DNA of 53,539 nt, taken from NCBI GenBank assembly GCA_964653505.1, contig CAZZFN010000001.1:1-53539 (forward strand), written 5' to 3'. The translations under genes and the position numbers were made by a program. Under the pieces are notes generated by a model, which worked only from the letters and a program-made list of their open reading frames with translations, did no database searches and was not told the origin of the DNA. This DNA comes from an uncultured Methyloversatilis sp. (lineage in GTDB: Bacteria; Pseudomonadota; Gammaproteobacteria; Burkholderiales; Rhodocyclaceae). Shown here piece by piece: positions 30,201 to 38,778 of the stretch (the first letter of the stretch is position 1; each line of letters opens with the position of its first letter).

Positions 30201-31950
30201 GGTGAAGATCGGCGGCGATCAGGTCCTGGAGGCGATGTTCAAGCGCTACGGCATCGCCATCGACGGCGAGGCGCCAGCCTTCTTTCAGTTCATGCTGAGA
30301 GGCCAGCCGCCGGCCGGAAACAACGTTGTCGCCGTGCTGAGAAATGGAAAACCGGAGTGGTATGAAGTGGGCGATCCGATTCTCTACCGCTCGCTTGTCG
30401 CCATCGACAGGCCGGTGCAAAACTGGCTGGTGCGCATGCTCGGCTGGCCGAAGCGGATCGGGCAGGCATCCATTACGCTCACCCCGGACTTCTGGATGGC
30501 GAACTTCGCACGAGACACCATCATGGGCAGCGTGATGACCCGCGCCGGCTTCAAGCCGGTCCTCGACAGCCTGCAGGGCATGCGGCTGCGCCTGATGAAC
30601 GATCCGATCTACAAGGACTTCATCGCCAACGGCGGCGGCCTGTCCTCGATCTACCTCGAAGAGGCAGCCTTGCGCGGCAAGCTGGGCAAGTTCTACCAGC
30701 GCCAAGGAATCGACTATCGGACTGTCCTCGACACGCCGGAGAAGCTGCTCAACGCCGTCGAGACGCTGGGCGATGCCTTTGAAATGAGCACGCGCCTGGG
30801 CGAGTACCGCAAGGCTCTACAGCGTGGCGAGCATCTCCGGCATGCTGCCTATCTCGGCCGCGAGGTCTCGACCGACTTCGCCATGCGGGGCGATAGCAAG
30901 ACGCTGGGCTTTTTGTACGACACCGTTATTTTCCTCAAGGCTGCGACCGTTAGCTGGGATCGCCTCGCGCGCGGCGTGACCATCGACCCGAACAAGGGCG
31001 CCATCGCGGCGAAGACGGCGGCCATCGCCGGCATGTCTGCTGCCCTGTACCTGCTCAACCGCGACGATCCGCGCTATGCCGATCTGCCGGATTGGGATCG
31101 CGACTCGAACTGGCATATCTTCGTCGGCGAGCATCATTTCAGGTATCCAAAAATTTGGGAGATCGGGGCCGTGGCCTCGATGGCCGAGCGCTCGACCGAG
31201 AAGCTGATGCAGGAAGACTCCGAGGGCCTGGGCAAGGACTTCGCCCGGATTCTCGGCACGACCTTCAATCTCAACTTGATGCCGCAGATCGTCGCGCCGC
31301 TGTACGAGCAGGCGACGAACCGCAACAGCTTCACGAAGTCGCCGATTGAAACCCCGGGCATGGAGAACGTGCAGCCTTTCCTCAGAGCCAAGCCGGGCAC
31401 CAGCGAGACGTTCAAGGCGCTGGGCATGGCGACGAAGGACAACCCGGAATGGGCGCAAGTCAATCCAGCCAGGGCCGAAGCCTTGCTGCGCGGCTACTTC
31501 AACACCTGGGCGCTCTACGGCCTGATGCTGACGGATCAAGCGTTCTTCGGCGACAAATTACCGGAGAGGCGCGCCGATGAGTTGCCTGTGGTGCGCCGGT
31601 TTTACGCCAGCGAGCCGGCGCGCAGCACGAAATACGAGCGCGAGTTCTACGACTTACTGAACGAGGCCCGCCGGCTGCGCGGCACCTTGCGCGAGCTTGA
31701 CGAGTTGGGCCTGCGCGAGGTTGCCGACGTGAAGGAGCAACACAAGCTGGCCGGCGAGGCGAAGCCCTTGGAGCGGGCACAGAAGAACCTCGGCGCGATC
31801 AACCGCGACATGCAAGCCGTTCGCCGCGATCCGATGCTCACGCCGGCAGAGAAGCGCCAGAAGCTGGATGCGCTGACGGTGGAGCGGAATGCGCTGCTGA
31901 AAGACGCGGTACTGGAATCGAAGGCCGCGCAGAAGGGGAGAGAGCAATGA
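27223..31950 (+). CDS. large polyvalent protein (ddrB-like ParB, HExxH metallopeptidase-like, LPD38-like C-terminus); putative injected virion protein
   Basis: WALVEADNLKASHD..GAPIVARDGTVEAG..MRKPVLVR; AAHELAHLID..EGFAE; YADLPDWDRDSNWHIF..YPKIWEIG. Confidence 0.8.
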   Translation: MSEFVFKPLKREPEAGEFRFVPLGSEGDKGEFTFTPLEAERPSALRNALLNNPATALAETGISLATTGVAMPVAGLAGLATAAANAVGLTDKTGADVVHAVGDALTYRPRGEMGQAATAAAMAPFEKLHEAATWVGNKTQDATGSPGAATMAHTVVEGILPMAAFPAARAGRAKWQEHAATKETPKPTTPDAPLADAGAPAAEFKFTPSEEVRNVAQEGVPSGVSRAPRSENPLPQPELAGVPQLRRAGDQGLPEMGELRELPRRHGAEAEPGTGAGAPGRERGLRADELRVAADPAPDGAPTLLPPDHPGRRGRDHQGSRAQAEPARSDVPRAPAEDRPAGLGGEGAVATQPQKFEIHGAQRQAADAGGMGERGRHAVASAAESPQLGLAAGTGAAAGSVSGPKTARWALVEADNLKASHDARMNPVPDHPYSRRNATRHEQEMAVSGILRDFDPKRLVDAIDDANGAPIVARDGTVEAGQRRALALQRVYQANGQKAADYRAHLKDRAPHLGLDPAAIDGMRKPVLVRLPDQEAPRRPAPDQAGVMDMAGEVQNGAWNPGANYAPFVDQMRTPEIKATSVADLPAPIRRETIIKDFADALGATVYEGRVKGKNRLGFFRPKNEETRIKNAADIEVAAHELAHLIDSRVPELSKAWRSDKALREELKSVSYNQKSVPEGFAEGVRLWMTQPETLEARAPKVAAWLDDFAARHEYGPAMKKAQERMTAWFGQDALNRARSKIGTEKPLAEYFDRAGDKFRQATVDDLHGIMQMERDLTGKLSPVGPYESARLSRASASIADGAVRFGHPVKNPDGSFKFAGKGLEDILRPVAESLDDALLYFVGRSARELHGQGREHLFTMDEIDAMLKLKTPERAKAFADYQEWNRGILDFAEAQGIINPETRRLWQRTQYLPFHRVEQPGGLKGKPGDWQGVQALTGGTTNLRDILGNMVSNAAMLLDKAVKNEARLKVADLADSTKAGKWMVKIESGERPVKIGGDQVLEAMFKRYGIAIDGEAPAFFQFMLRGQPPAGNNVVAVLRNGKPEWYEVGDPILYRSLVAIDRPVQNWLVRMLGWPKRIGQASITLTPDFWMANFARDTIMGSVMTRAGFKPVLDSLQGMRLRLMNDPIYKDFIANGGGLSSIYLEEAALRGKLGKFYQRQGIDYRTVLDTPEKLLNAVETLGDAFEMSTRLGEYRKALQRGEHLRHAAYLGREVSTDFAMRGDSKTLGFLYDTVIFLKAATVSWDRLARGVTIDPNKGAIAAKTAAIAGMSAALYLLNRDDPRYADLPDWDRDSNWHIFVGEHHFRYPKIWEIGAVASMAERSTEKLMQEDSEGLGKDFARILGTTFNLNLMPQIVAPLYEQATNRNSFTKSPIETPGMENVQPFLRAKPGTSETFKALGMATKDNPEWAQVNPARAEALLRGYFNTWALYGLMLTDQAFFGDKLPERRADELPVVRRFYASEPARSTKYEREFYDLLNEARRLRGTLRELDELGLREVADVKEQHKLAGEAKPLERAQKNLGAINRDMQAVRRDPMLTPAEKRQKLDALTVERNALLKDAVLESKAAQKGREQ
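27863..28474 (+). CDS. nested out-of-frame HNH homing-endonuclease-like protein (203 aa)
   Basis: GAGG RBS; KTRCRNPNSPEFHNYGGRGIKVCPRWESFENFLADMG..RLDVNGDYEPTNCAW, plus two C-terminal HTH-like repeats; +1 frame inside 27223-31950. Confidence 0.85.
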   Translation: MSLKKEFPAEYRALHAAKTRCRNPNSPEFHNYGGRGIKVCPRWESFENFLADMGPKPSPELVLGRLDVNGDYEPTNCAWLPIQRQTAHRRCCRRIILDGEDVTIKEAARKLNLPDPTFRERLLRIGLPVSAAKVRWLPNHRSSRYMEHNGKRQTLAAWAKEAGMPLHRLRNRLNSGWPPELALLPGAFQGRKPPAGHSLKPTT

Positions 31951-32270
31951 AGACGATCCGTGCCCCGAAGGATGACGAGGTGTTCGACATCTTTCACGAG
32001 ATCGGCGCGGAAGAATTCCAGAAGACACCGCCCCACCGGATGGCCGCCCGAATTCGGCGATTGACGGACGATGCCAAGGCCAGGGACGCGACAGCCGAGG
32101 AAAACGGCCTGCTCGCCGGGTTCCTCGACGCGCTCGCGGAAACGAGTACCGCCGATCTGCGCAAGATGGGTTTCAAGGTCACGCACCCCGACAAACCGAA
32201 AATGCAAGGCGAGGTCAAGGTGATCGCAAGCCCCGCCCGGAAAATTTCCGTCTCTCTGGTGAAGAAATGA
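31947..32270 (+). CDS. hypothetical protein
   Basis: ATGA overlap with the polyvalent protein gene; 107 aa. Confidence 0.7.
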   Translation: MKTIRAPKDDEVFDIFHEIGAEEFQKTPPHRMAARIRRLTDDAKARDATAEENGLLAGFLDALAETSTADLRKMGFKVTHPDKPKMQGEVKVIASPARKISVSLVKK

Positions 32271-32280
32271 TGGATCGGTC

Positions 32281-32296
32281 TCGTGCCATGCGTGGC
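32281..32296 (+). repeat. 16-bp direct repeat, copy 2
   Basis: TCGTGCCATGCGTGGC, identical to 25563-25578. Confidence 0.85.
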
Positions 32297-32341
32297 TTCA
32301 TACGCGTGTCGGTGTGGCAGCCGGCGCGAAACGTCAGGATG

Positions 32342-32457
32342 AAACGCCCGGAATGTATCGGTAGGGCTGGAAGTAGTTGGAATGCTGACCTGACGCAAGC
32401 GCCAACTGCCTCAAGCCAAGAGGCCCGCCCTACCAATGCACTTCGGGCGTTTTCTTT
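32342..32457 (+). other. long imperfect stem-loop (candidate regulatory RNA or attenuator)
   Basis: AAACGCCCG..GGTAGGGC pairs with GCCCTACC..CGGGCGTTT; inner GTAGTTGG/CCAACTGC stem. Confidence 0.55.
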
Positions 32458-32775
32458 GGCACCGTCCGTACCGGTCGCGTCAGTAGCGTGCCTCTCACCG
32501 TGGCAGCCACCGAGAAAAGCGGGAATTCGCGTCCCTGGCGTATCTGACTGGGGGCCATCGGCAGGCAGCGCAAGTCTACCGAGGAAGCGGCGTAAAGGTG
32601 TAACGGCGAAAGCTGGCGGGCGGGATGGCCTCCCCGAAATGAGGCAGCCGCGATGACGGGACGCGAATGGACAGCGCAGCAGGCAGCACCAGGAAATGGC
32701 GGGGGTTACACCAACCCCAGTCATAGATACTCTATCGGCGAGGACAGCCGCAACTTTTGACGGAAAGGATTCCGA

Positions 32776-33318
32776 ATGAACTGCAACAACTTTATCACCG
32801 AACAGCTTCGCACCACCGGCTGGGCGCCCATCGACGGAAAGCTGGCCAAGTTCCTCGCGCCCGAGCTGCACGGCGAGCACGAGATGGCGGCGGACCTCAC
32901 GACGCCCGATGCCCTGCTGCGCCAGTACCCGCGTACGCACCTGGTGCGCTGCGCCATCGATGGCTTCGGCACGGTGCTGATCCTCACGCGCAGCATGCTC
33001 GCCCTTGAGGATCGCATCAGACTGACGGTCGGCGGCGCTGTGCGGATCGTCGCCGACGAGAAACGGTTGCCAGCGGCAAGGCAGGAGCCTGAGGCCAAGG
33101 GCAACCCGCCCCGGCCGTGCCGCGAGTGCGGGCAGAGAACCGGGGACAATCGCTGCAAGGCGGCCATCGAGGGCAAGATCAAGGGCCGGCCTGCCGACTA
33201 CCGGCCCGATCCCGCCCATCCGCGCCGCTGCCTCGAATACACGCCTGGGCACCATCTGCTGACCGGCGAGTACCGCGACCTGCGCACCGGGCGCGAGCTC
33301 TGGCCCGAAGCGGCATGA
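32776..33318 (+). CDS. hypothetical protein with Cys-rich C-terminus
   Basis: AAGGA RBS; CRECG..C..HPRRCLEY. Confidence 0.7.
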   Translation: MNCNNFITEQLRTTGWAPIDGKLAKFLAPELHGEHEMAADLTTPDALLRQYPRTHLVRCAIDGFGTVLILTRSMLALEDRIRLTVGGAVRIVADEKRLPAARQEPEAKGNPPRPCRECGQRTGDNRCKAAIEGKIKGRPADYRPDPAHPRRCLEYTPGHHLLTGEYRDLRTGRELWPEAA

Positions 33319-33764
33319 CGAAGATAGACGCTGCCTGCGCGCTGCTCGCCGACTTGCTCAAGGACGGCGCCCGCGACGCGGCGGAAATCCTCATGGCTGC
33401 CGAAGCCGACAACATGGGCGAGCGTCTGATGCAGCGCGCCGCCGAACGGCTGGGCGTCATCAAAGCGAAGTTAGGATTCGGCGATGGCTGGGTATGGGGC
33501 CTGCCGTTGATCGAGGTCAGGCAGTTACACCAGAACCGCGCCGGGCTCATCGCCGCCAGGCTGCGCAAGCTGGAAGCCGCGAAGGGCAGGAGGGCACCAA
33601 TCTTCGCAAGCGATCCGCGTCTGGTTCGCCTGGTCGAGGCCGGGCTGTCCGATGCCGATCTGCGGGAAGCCTACGAACTGGCGACGAGCTTCGACGACGC
33701 GCCGCTGACGGTCGGGCGCTTGGAAATCTACATGAGGGAGATCATCCATGCGAGCAACCATTGA
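33315..33764 (+). CDS. hypothetical protein with wHTH-like N-terminus
   Basis: ATGA overlap; 'DGARDAAEI..GERLMQRAAERLGV..GWVWGLP' resembles C-terminal wHTH domains of phage AAA replicative proteins. Confidence 0.6.
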   Translation: MTKIDAACALLADLLKDGARDAAEILMAAEADNMGERLMQRAAERLGVIKAKLGFGDGWVWGLPLIEVRQLHQNRAGLIAARLRKLEAAKGRRAPIFASDPRLVRLVEAGLSDADLREAYELATSFDDAPLTVGRLEIYMREIIHASNH

Positions 33765-34068
33765 ACGCCGGCTGACGGCCATCGAGCAGCAATTCCGGCC
33801 CGTCAAGCGCTATGTTGGCGCTGTGCAGGAGGTCATCGACGGCCGCGATGTTGTCCAAGGACGCGACGGCGACGTGACTGTGACACGGGGGCCAGGCGAG
33901 ACGGATGCGGCTTTCCAGAAGCGATACCGGGCCGCGTTGGGCGTGACCGATGCGGACGTGCTGGTGATCCGGCGCATCATTTCACCGCCAGGAGGGCGGA
34001 TGATTCCAATCGTGACGAGCGCCGGGCGCATGGTGATAGTGCCGCGCAAAGCCGAAGCAATGGCCTGA
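33748..34068 (+). CDS. hypothetical protein
   Basis: GGGAG RBS; MRATIERRLTAIEQQF start. Confidence 0.7.
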   Translation: MRATIERRLTAIEQQFRPVKRYVGAVQEVIDGRDVVQGRDGDVTVTRGPGETDAAFQKRYRAALGVTDADVLVIRRIISPPGGRMIPIVTSAGRMVIVPRKAEAMA

Positions 34069-34086
34069 TCTTGCAGGGGCAAAAAC

Positions 34087-34512
34087 ATGGTGGCAGCGAA
34101 ATTTAAGAAGGGGCAATCCGGCAATCCGTCCGGCAGGCCCAAGGGATCGAAGAACCGAGCAACGCTGCTCGCGCTGGCTGCGATGGAGGGCGAGCTTGAT
34201 GCCATCGTGAATGCCATCATCAAGGCAGCCAAGGCCGGCGACATGGTTGCCGCCCGCCTGGTGGTCGACAAGCTGATCCCTGCCGCCAAGGATCGGCCCG
34301 TCAGAATCAACCTGCCGCAGATTACGGACGTTGCCACCTGCAATCAGGCCCAGGCGCAGATCACAGCATCCGTGGCCAGCGGCGATCTGCTGCTGAGTGA
34401 GGGCGAGGCGCTTGCCGGCCTGGTCGAACATCAGCGCCGTGCCCTGGAGACTCACGACCTGGCGAAGCGCCTTGAAGCCATCGAGCAACAACTGAGCAAG
34501 GGGAAACCATGA
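34087..34512 (+). CDS. DUF5681 / terminase small subunit-like protein
   Basis: KFKKGQSGNPSGRPKGSKNR, AKAGDMVAARLVVDKL. Confidence 0.8.
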   Translation: MVAAKFKKGQSGNPSGRPKGSKNRATLLALAAMEGELDAIVNAIIKAAKAGDMVAARLVVDKLIPAAKDRPVRINLPQITDVATCNQAQAQITASVASGDLLLSEGEALAGLVEHQRRALETHDLAKRLEAIEQQLSKGKP

Positions 34513-34718
34513 GCGTGCAGATAGCCAGGCGCATCCAGAAGGCGGAAGAGGTAGTCGCTACCAGGCGGCCGGCCAATCGTCAGCCGAAGATGATGTTCTT
34601 CCCCGTTGACGGCGATGCGGTCGACGTGGCCCGGTATCACCAGGAAGTCGAGCAGGCAGTCCAAGAAGGTTTCTTCGTAATCAGGATCGTTCCGCTGCAA
34701 CCGGAGGTCAGGACATGA
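34509..34718 (+). CDS. small hypothetical protein
   Basis: ATGA overlaps on both sides; 69 aa. Confidence 0.65.
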   Translation: MSVQIARRIQKAEEVVATRRPANRQPKMMFFPVDGDAVDVARYHQEVEQAVQEGFFVIRIVPLQPEVRT

Positions 34719-34858
34719 GATCGCATCTTCATAACCGCGTCAGCAAGATTGAGCAGGCCGTGACGGCAGGGAGGGTGCGAGAGAATGAGCAGATCCTTCG
34801 CTTGTCTCGTTCATGGCGTGCTTTGGCATCCCGGCCGAAGAATGCCCGCGTGGCGTGA
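34715..34858 (+). CDS. small hypothetical protein (47 aa; possibly frameshifted)
   Basis: GGAGG RBS, ATGA overlap; MRSHLHNRVSKIEQAV. Confidence 0.45.
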   Translation: MRSHLHNRVSKIEQAVTAGRVRENEQILRLSRSWRALASRPKNARVA

Positions 34859-34963
34859 CGGCAATCGAATGGCTGACTGAGGCACTCAAGGGCGCGAGGG
34901 TTATTGGAGTAGCGAAGCGCCCGGCCGGCTGAACTTTCTCACGGAGAAGCAGTAGGCAAAAAA

Positions 34964-34994
34964 ATCCCGCAAAGCGGGTATCAATGCGGGTATT
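34964..34994. promoter_or_regulatory. right att arm: putative integrase arm-binding sites
   Basis: GCGGGTATC (34974) and GCGGGTATT (34986), the same 12-bp spacing as the left pair; inverted ATCCCGC at 34964. Confidence 0.75.
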
Positions 34995-35051
34995 TTTTCT
35001 TTCAAGTCTGTTCAATGCCGCTTATTCGCTGGCATTGCGAGGAATAACAGC

Positions 35052-35612
35052 TTACTTGACGCGGTTCTTGTATTCGCCGGTGCGGGTGTCGATCTCGATC
35101 TTGTCGCCGGTGGAGACGAAGATCGGCACCATCACTTCCATGCCGGACGGCTTGATCCTGGCGGGCTTCAAGACCTTGCCCGAGGTGTCGCCCTTGACGG
35201 CCGGCTCGGTGTATTCCACTTCGCGCACCACCGAGTTCGGCATTTCGACCGAAATCGCCTTGCCTTCGAAAAACACCACCTCGACGGCCATGCCGTCCTC
35301 GAGGTAGGGGATGGCGTCCGCCATGTTCTCGGCCTCGACTTCATACGGGTTGTAGTCGGCGTCCATGAAGACATACATGGGATCGGCGAAATAGGAATAG
35401 GTGCATTCCTTGCGTTCGGGGATGACCTGCTCGAACTTGTCGTCGGCCTTGTAGACAGCCTCCGAGGGCGTGCCGGTGAGCAGGTTCTTGAACTTGAACT
35501 TGACGACCGCCGCGTTGCGGCCGGACTTGTTGTATTCGTTCTTGGTGACGACGAGGGGCGCGCCATCGACCATGATGACGTTGCCGGAGCGAAGTTCCTG
35601 TGCGGTTTTCAT
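35052..35612 (-). CDS. efp: elongation factor P (Arg-type, EarP substrate)
   Basis: [37 protein letters not shown]. Confidence 0.98.
   Translation of the reverse strand: MKTAQELRSGNVIMVDGAPLVVTKNEYNKSGRNAAVVKFKFKNLLTGTPSEAVYKADDKFEQVIPERKECTYSYFADPMYVFMDADYNPYEVEAENMADAIPYLEDGMAVEVVFFEGKAISVEMPNSVVREVEYTEPAVKGDTSGKVLKPARIKPSGMEVMVPIFVSTGDKIEIDTRTGEYKNRVK
35053..35064 (+). repeat. att core, right junction (inside efp)
   Basis: TACTTGACGCGG covers the last codons and stop of efp. Confidence 0.9.
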
Positions 35613-35647
35613 AGCGAATGTCTGGCGGGGAAAAAGAAAGCCGGCGA

Positions 35648-36679
35648 TTATAACCGAGCCGTGCAGAACGCGACCAGATTCGTCGCCAGATCGCCGTGGG
35701 CGCGAATCCGGCGCGCCCAGTCCGGCGCGTGGGCCGCCAGCGCGGGCAGGGACTGGGCGAAGGCGGGCCAGTCGAGCGCGCCCGCCCCGTTCCAGGCGCG
35801 GAAAAAATCCCCGGCCGCCGTCCCGCCAACGCCGACTTTTTCGAGGTAGCGGGCGAGAAAGGCGTCGAGCTTGACCCGATGGGCCCCTTCCGCCTGGGGA
35901 TAGGCCTGCCAGACGAAAGGACGCTCGGCCCACTGGGCGCGCACGAAGGAATCCTCCCCGCGCACGAAATTCAGGTGGCAGCGGGCCAGCAGGGCGTCGT
36001 AATCCGTCTGCGGCAGGAAGGGCAGGGGGGAGAGCGTCAGATGGCCGACGGCGGCCGGGAGCGGGCCGCCCAGCCAGCGTTCCACCTGTTGGCGCGGCAG
36101 CCCGGCGCAGACATGGCAGACGATGGGCCGGTCGCCGTCGCGCCAGGCCGCGAGCAGCGCCGGCAGTTGCGGGTTGTCGTAGCAAAACAGCGAGATGTCG
36201 AGCGGGCCATCGAAGGTCGGTTCCGGCGGCGGGACGGCGAGATTTTTCTCGCGCAGCAGCCCGCCCGTGCCCGGCACGAAGCCGGGGAAGAAAAAGAACT
36301 TGGGCAGGCCCGGTTGCGGCGAGGGCAGCCCATGGCAGCCGGCCACCCAATCCTCGGCCGACAGGTATTCGAGATTGATCCAGACCGGCGGCCGGGGGCG
36401 GCGCGCCGCCATGGCCTCGACATAACGCGGCGGCAGTGGGCAGGCGAACGCCTCGAGCACCACATCGGCCGCTTCGACGTCGGCCAATGCGCCCGCCCAG
36501 GGGCGCACTTCCACGCACCGCTGTCCGGGTGCGAGCCGGGCGATGAGCGCCGGCGCGTCGATGAACAGCCTGACCCGCCAGCGAAACTCCGTCGCCAGCT
36601 GGCGTGCCAGCCGCCAGCACACGCCGGCATCGCCCAGGTTGTCGATGACGGCGCAAAAAATGTCGCAGCGGACTGGCAT
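35648..36679 (-). CDS. earP: EF-P arginine rhamnosyltransferase
   Basis: [45 protein letters not shown]; adjacent to efp. Confidence 0.97.
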   Translation of the reverse strand: MPVRCDIFCAVIDNLGDAGVCWRLARQLATEFRWRVRLFIDAPALIARLAPGQRCVEVRPWAGALADVEAADVVLEAFACPLPPRYVEAMAARRPRPPVWINLEYLSAEDWVAGCHGLPSPQPGLPKFFFFPGFVPGTGGLLREKNLAVPPPEPTFDGPLDISLFCYDNPQLPALLAAWRDGDRPIVCHVCAGLPRQQVERWLGGPLPAAVGHLTLSPLPFLPQTDYDALLARCHLNFVRGEDSFVRAQWAERPFVWQAYPQAEGAHRVKLDAFLARYLEKVGVGGTAAGDFFRAWNGAGALDWPAFAQSLPALAAHAPDWARRIRAHGDLATNLVAFCTARL

Positions 36680-36873
36680 GGGGCAGGAATCGGGCAGGAA
36701 TGAGGCAGGTTCGGGGCGCGCGGGTTCGTTGCTGGCAGAGACGATCGCCGCTAGAATTCTAGGGGTTCGATCCTTCCGCCGTCGCCCGATCGCACGCCCG
36801 CCGCCCGGTCCGGCAGAAAGCGCAGTCCGCCAGGCGGTCCACCATTCAAAGTTTCGCCCGGAAAGCTTCCCCC

Positions 36874-38766
36874 ATGTTCGACATTTTTCGCAACAACAGA
36901 AGAATCGTCCAGATCATTCTGGCGATCCTCATTCTGCCCTTCGCCCTGTGGGGGCTGGATTCCTACGTGCGGGACGGCGGCAGGGCGAACGAGGTTGCCA
37001 AGGTCGGCGAGACGGCGATCTCGCTGGAAGAGTTTCAGCGCGCCCTGAACGAGCAGCAGGAACGCCTGCGGCCGCAATTGGGCAACAACGCGGCGCTGCT
37101 GGCAAGCCCGGAGTTCCGTGCCGGCGTGCTCAACGAGCTGATCAACCAGCGCCTTTTGCTGCTGCATGCCGAGCAGTCGAAAATGTTTCTGGGCGACCAG
37201 GCGCTGGCCGATTTCATCGTCTCCCTCCCGCCTCTGCAGGTGGATGGCAAGTTCTCGCGCGAGCGCTACGAGGCCCTGGTCGCCGCGCAGAACATGAGCA
37301 TCGCCGAGTTCGAGTCGATGCTGCGCCGCGATCTGCTGATCCAGCAGGTCAGTCTGCCGATTGCGGAGATGGCCGTCGCCGGATCCCTGTCGGCGCACCG
37401 GTGGCTGATCGCTCAGCTGGAAGAGCGCGAGATCTCCGAAGTCGTATTCCGCGCCGAACAGTTCGCCGCCGCGGGCAGGCCCGACGAGGCGGCGATCCAG
37501 CGTTACTACCAGGAAAATCGAGCCCGTTTCGAACGGCCGGAACAGGTGCGCGTCGAATTTCTGGTTCTCAGCCAGGATCGCATGCTCGACAAGGTGGTCA
37601 TCGGCGACGAGGAAATCCGGGCCGCCTACGAAAGGAATGCCGCCCGTCATCGCAAACCCGAGCAACGGCGTGCCAGCCATATCCTGCTCCGGGTCGACAA
37701 GAACGCGCCCGCCGCCGAGGTCGAGGCGGCGCAGGGCAAGGCCGAGCAGCTGCTTGCCCAGCTGAAGGCCAAGCCCGGGGAATTCGCCAGCCTGGCCAGG
37801 CAGCACTCGCAGGATCCGGGTTCGGCCGCGCAAGGCGGCGACCTGGGCTTCTTCGCGCGCGGCATGATGGTCAAACCTTTCGAGGACGCGGCGTTCGCAC
37901 TGCAGGAAAACCAGATTTCCGGACTGGTGCGCTCCGATTTCGGCTTCCACATCGTCAAGCTGACCGGCGTGCGGGCCGAGCAGGCCCAGAAGCTGGAGGA
38001 GGTGCGTGGCGAAATCGTTGCGGAGCTCAGGCGCCAGACCGCCGCAAAACGGTATGCCGAAGCCGCCGATGGCTTTGCCAATCTTGTCTATGAGCAGGCG
38101 GACAGCCTCGGGCCGGCGGCCGAGAAATATGGCCTGGAGCTGCAGACCTCCGAGTGGTTGTCCAAGGACGGTCGGCCGCAGCCGCCCCTTGCAAACGCCG
38201 AACTGCTCAAGGCGATCTTTTCCGAGGATGCGATCAAGCACCGGCGCAACACCGAGGCGATCGAGGTGGGGCCGAAAACCATGATTTCGGCGCGCGTGGT
38301 CGAACACAAATCCGCCGAGACGCTCCCGCTGGAAACAGTGCGCGGGGCGATCGAAAAAGCGCTGGCGCGCGAAGCCGCGCTCGGCCGGGCGGTGGCGGCC
38401 GGCCAGGCCGAGCTCGACAGGCTCGACCGCGGCGAAAAATCCGCCCTGGGCTGGAGCGCGCCGCGCCGGGTCAGCCGCCTGCAGGCTCAGGATCTGGGAG
38501 AGGAGGCGCTCAAGGCGGTATTCGCCGCGGATGCCTCGAAGCTGCCTGCCTACGCCGGCATGCAGACACCCTCCGGGTATGCGCTTTACCGTATCGGCCA
38601 GGTCGCTCCTTTCGATCCGACGGCGAGCGCCGCGGCGCCGCTTGTCCAGATGCTGCGCCAGCAGTATGGGCAGATCCTGGCCGGCGAGGATCTGATCAAC
38701 TGGCTGGCCATACTGCGCCAGACCTATGGCGTCGAGATCAACCGCGCCGCGCTGGAACGCAAATAG
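36874..38766 (+). CDS. ppiD: PpiD-type peptidyl-prolyl isomerase
   Basis: N-terminal transmembrane segment, SurA_N-like domain, [29 protein letters not shown]. Confidence 0.9.
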   Translation: MFDIFRNNRRIVQIILAILILPFALWGLDSYVRDGGRANEVAKVGETAISLEEFQRALNEQQERLRPQLGNNAALLASPEFRAGVLNELINQRLLLLHAEQSKMFLGDQALADFIVSLPPLQVDGKFSRERYEALVAAQNMSIAEFESMLRRDLLIQQVSLPIAEMAVAGSLSAHRWLIAQLEEREISEVVFRAEQFAAAGRPDEAAIQRYYQENRARFERPEQVRVEFLVLSQDRMLDKVVIGDEEIRAAYERNAARHRKPEQRRASHILLRVDKNAPAAEVEAAQGKAEQLLAQLKAKPGEFASLARQHSQDPGSAAQGGDLGFFARGMMVKPFEDAAFALQENQISGLVRSDFGFHIVKLTGVRAEQAQKLEEVRGEIVAELRRQTAAKRYAEAADGFANLVYEQADSLGPAAEKYGLELQTSEWLSKDGRPQPPLANAELLKAIFSEDAIKHRRNTEAIEVGPKTMISARVVEHKSAETLPLETVRGAIEKALAREAALGRAVAAGQAELDRLDRGEKSALGWSAPRRVSRLQAQDLGEEALKAVFAADASKLPAYAGMQTPSGYALYRIGQVAPFDPTASAAAPLVQMLRQQYGQILAGEDLINWLAILRQTYGVEINRAALERK

Positions 38767-38778
38767 CCTGCTCCTGCT

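Larger units (their letters stand above)
16426..35064. mobile_element. integrated phage-satellite-like element (~18.6 kb) inserted in the efp 3' end
   Basis: 12-bp direct repeat at both ends, integrase at the left end, AlpA, replication, primase and terS-like genes, all on +; interrupts the nagZ...efp backbone. Confidence 0.92.

Noticed and set aside
32267..32656. 129-aa ORF
   Set aside because: Non-protein-like composition and overlap with the long stem-loop; the region is more likely non-coding.
34789..34932. Protein-like alternative frame (PSLVSFMACFGIPAEECPRG...) suggesting a frameshift in the last ORF of the element
   Set aside because: No clear slippery site; cannot distinguish mutation, sequencing error or chance without homologues.
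16426..35064. Interpretation as an ICE/IME or a complete prophage
   Set aside because: No relaxase, coupling protein or T4SS, and no recognisable capsid, portal, TerL, tail or lysis genes.
35052..36679. efp-earP rhamnosylation pair
   Set aside because: Well-described system and expected in Betaproteobacteria.
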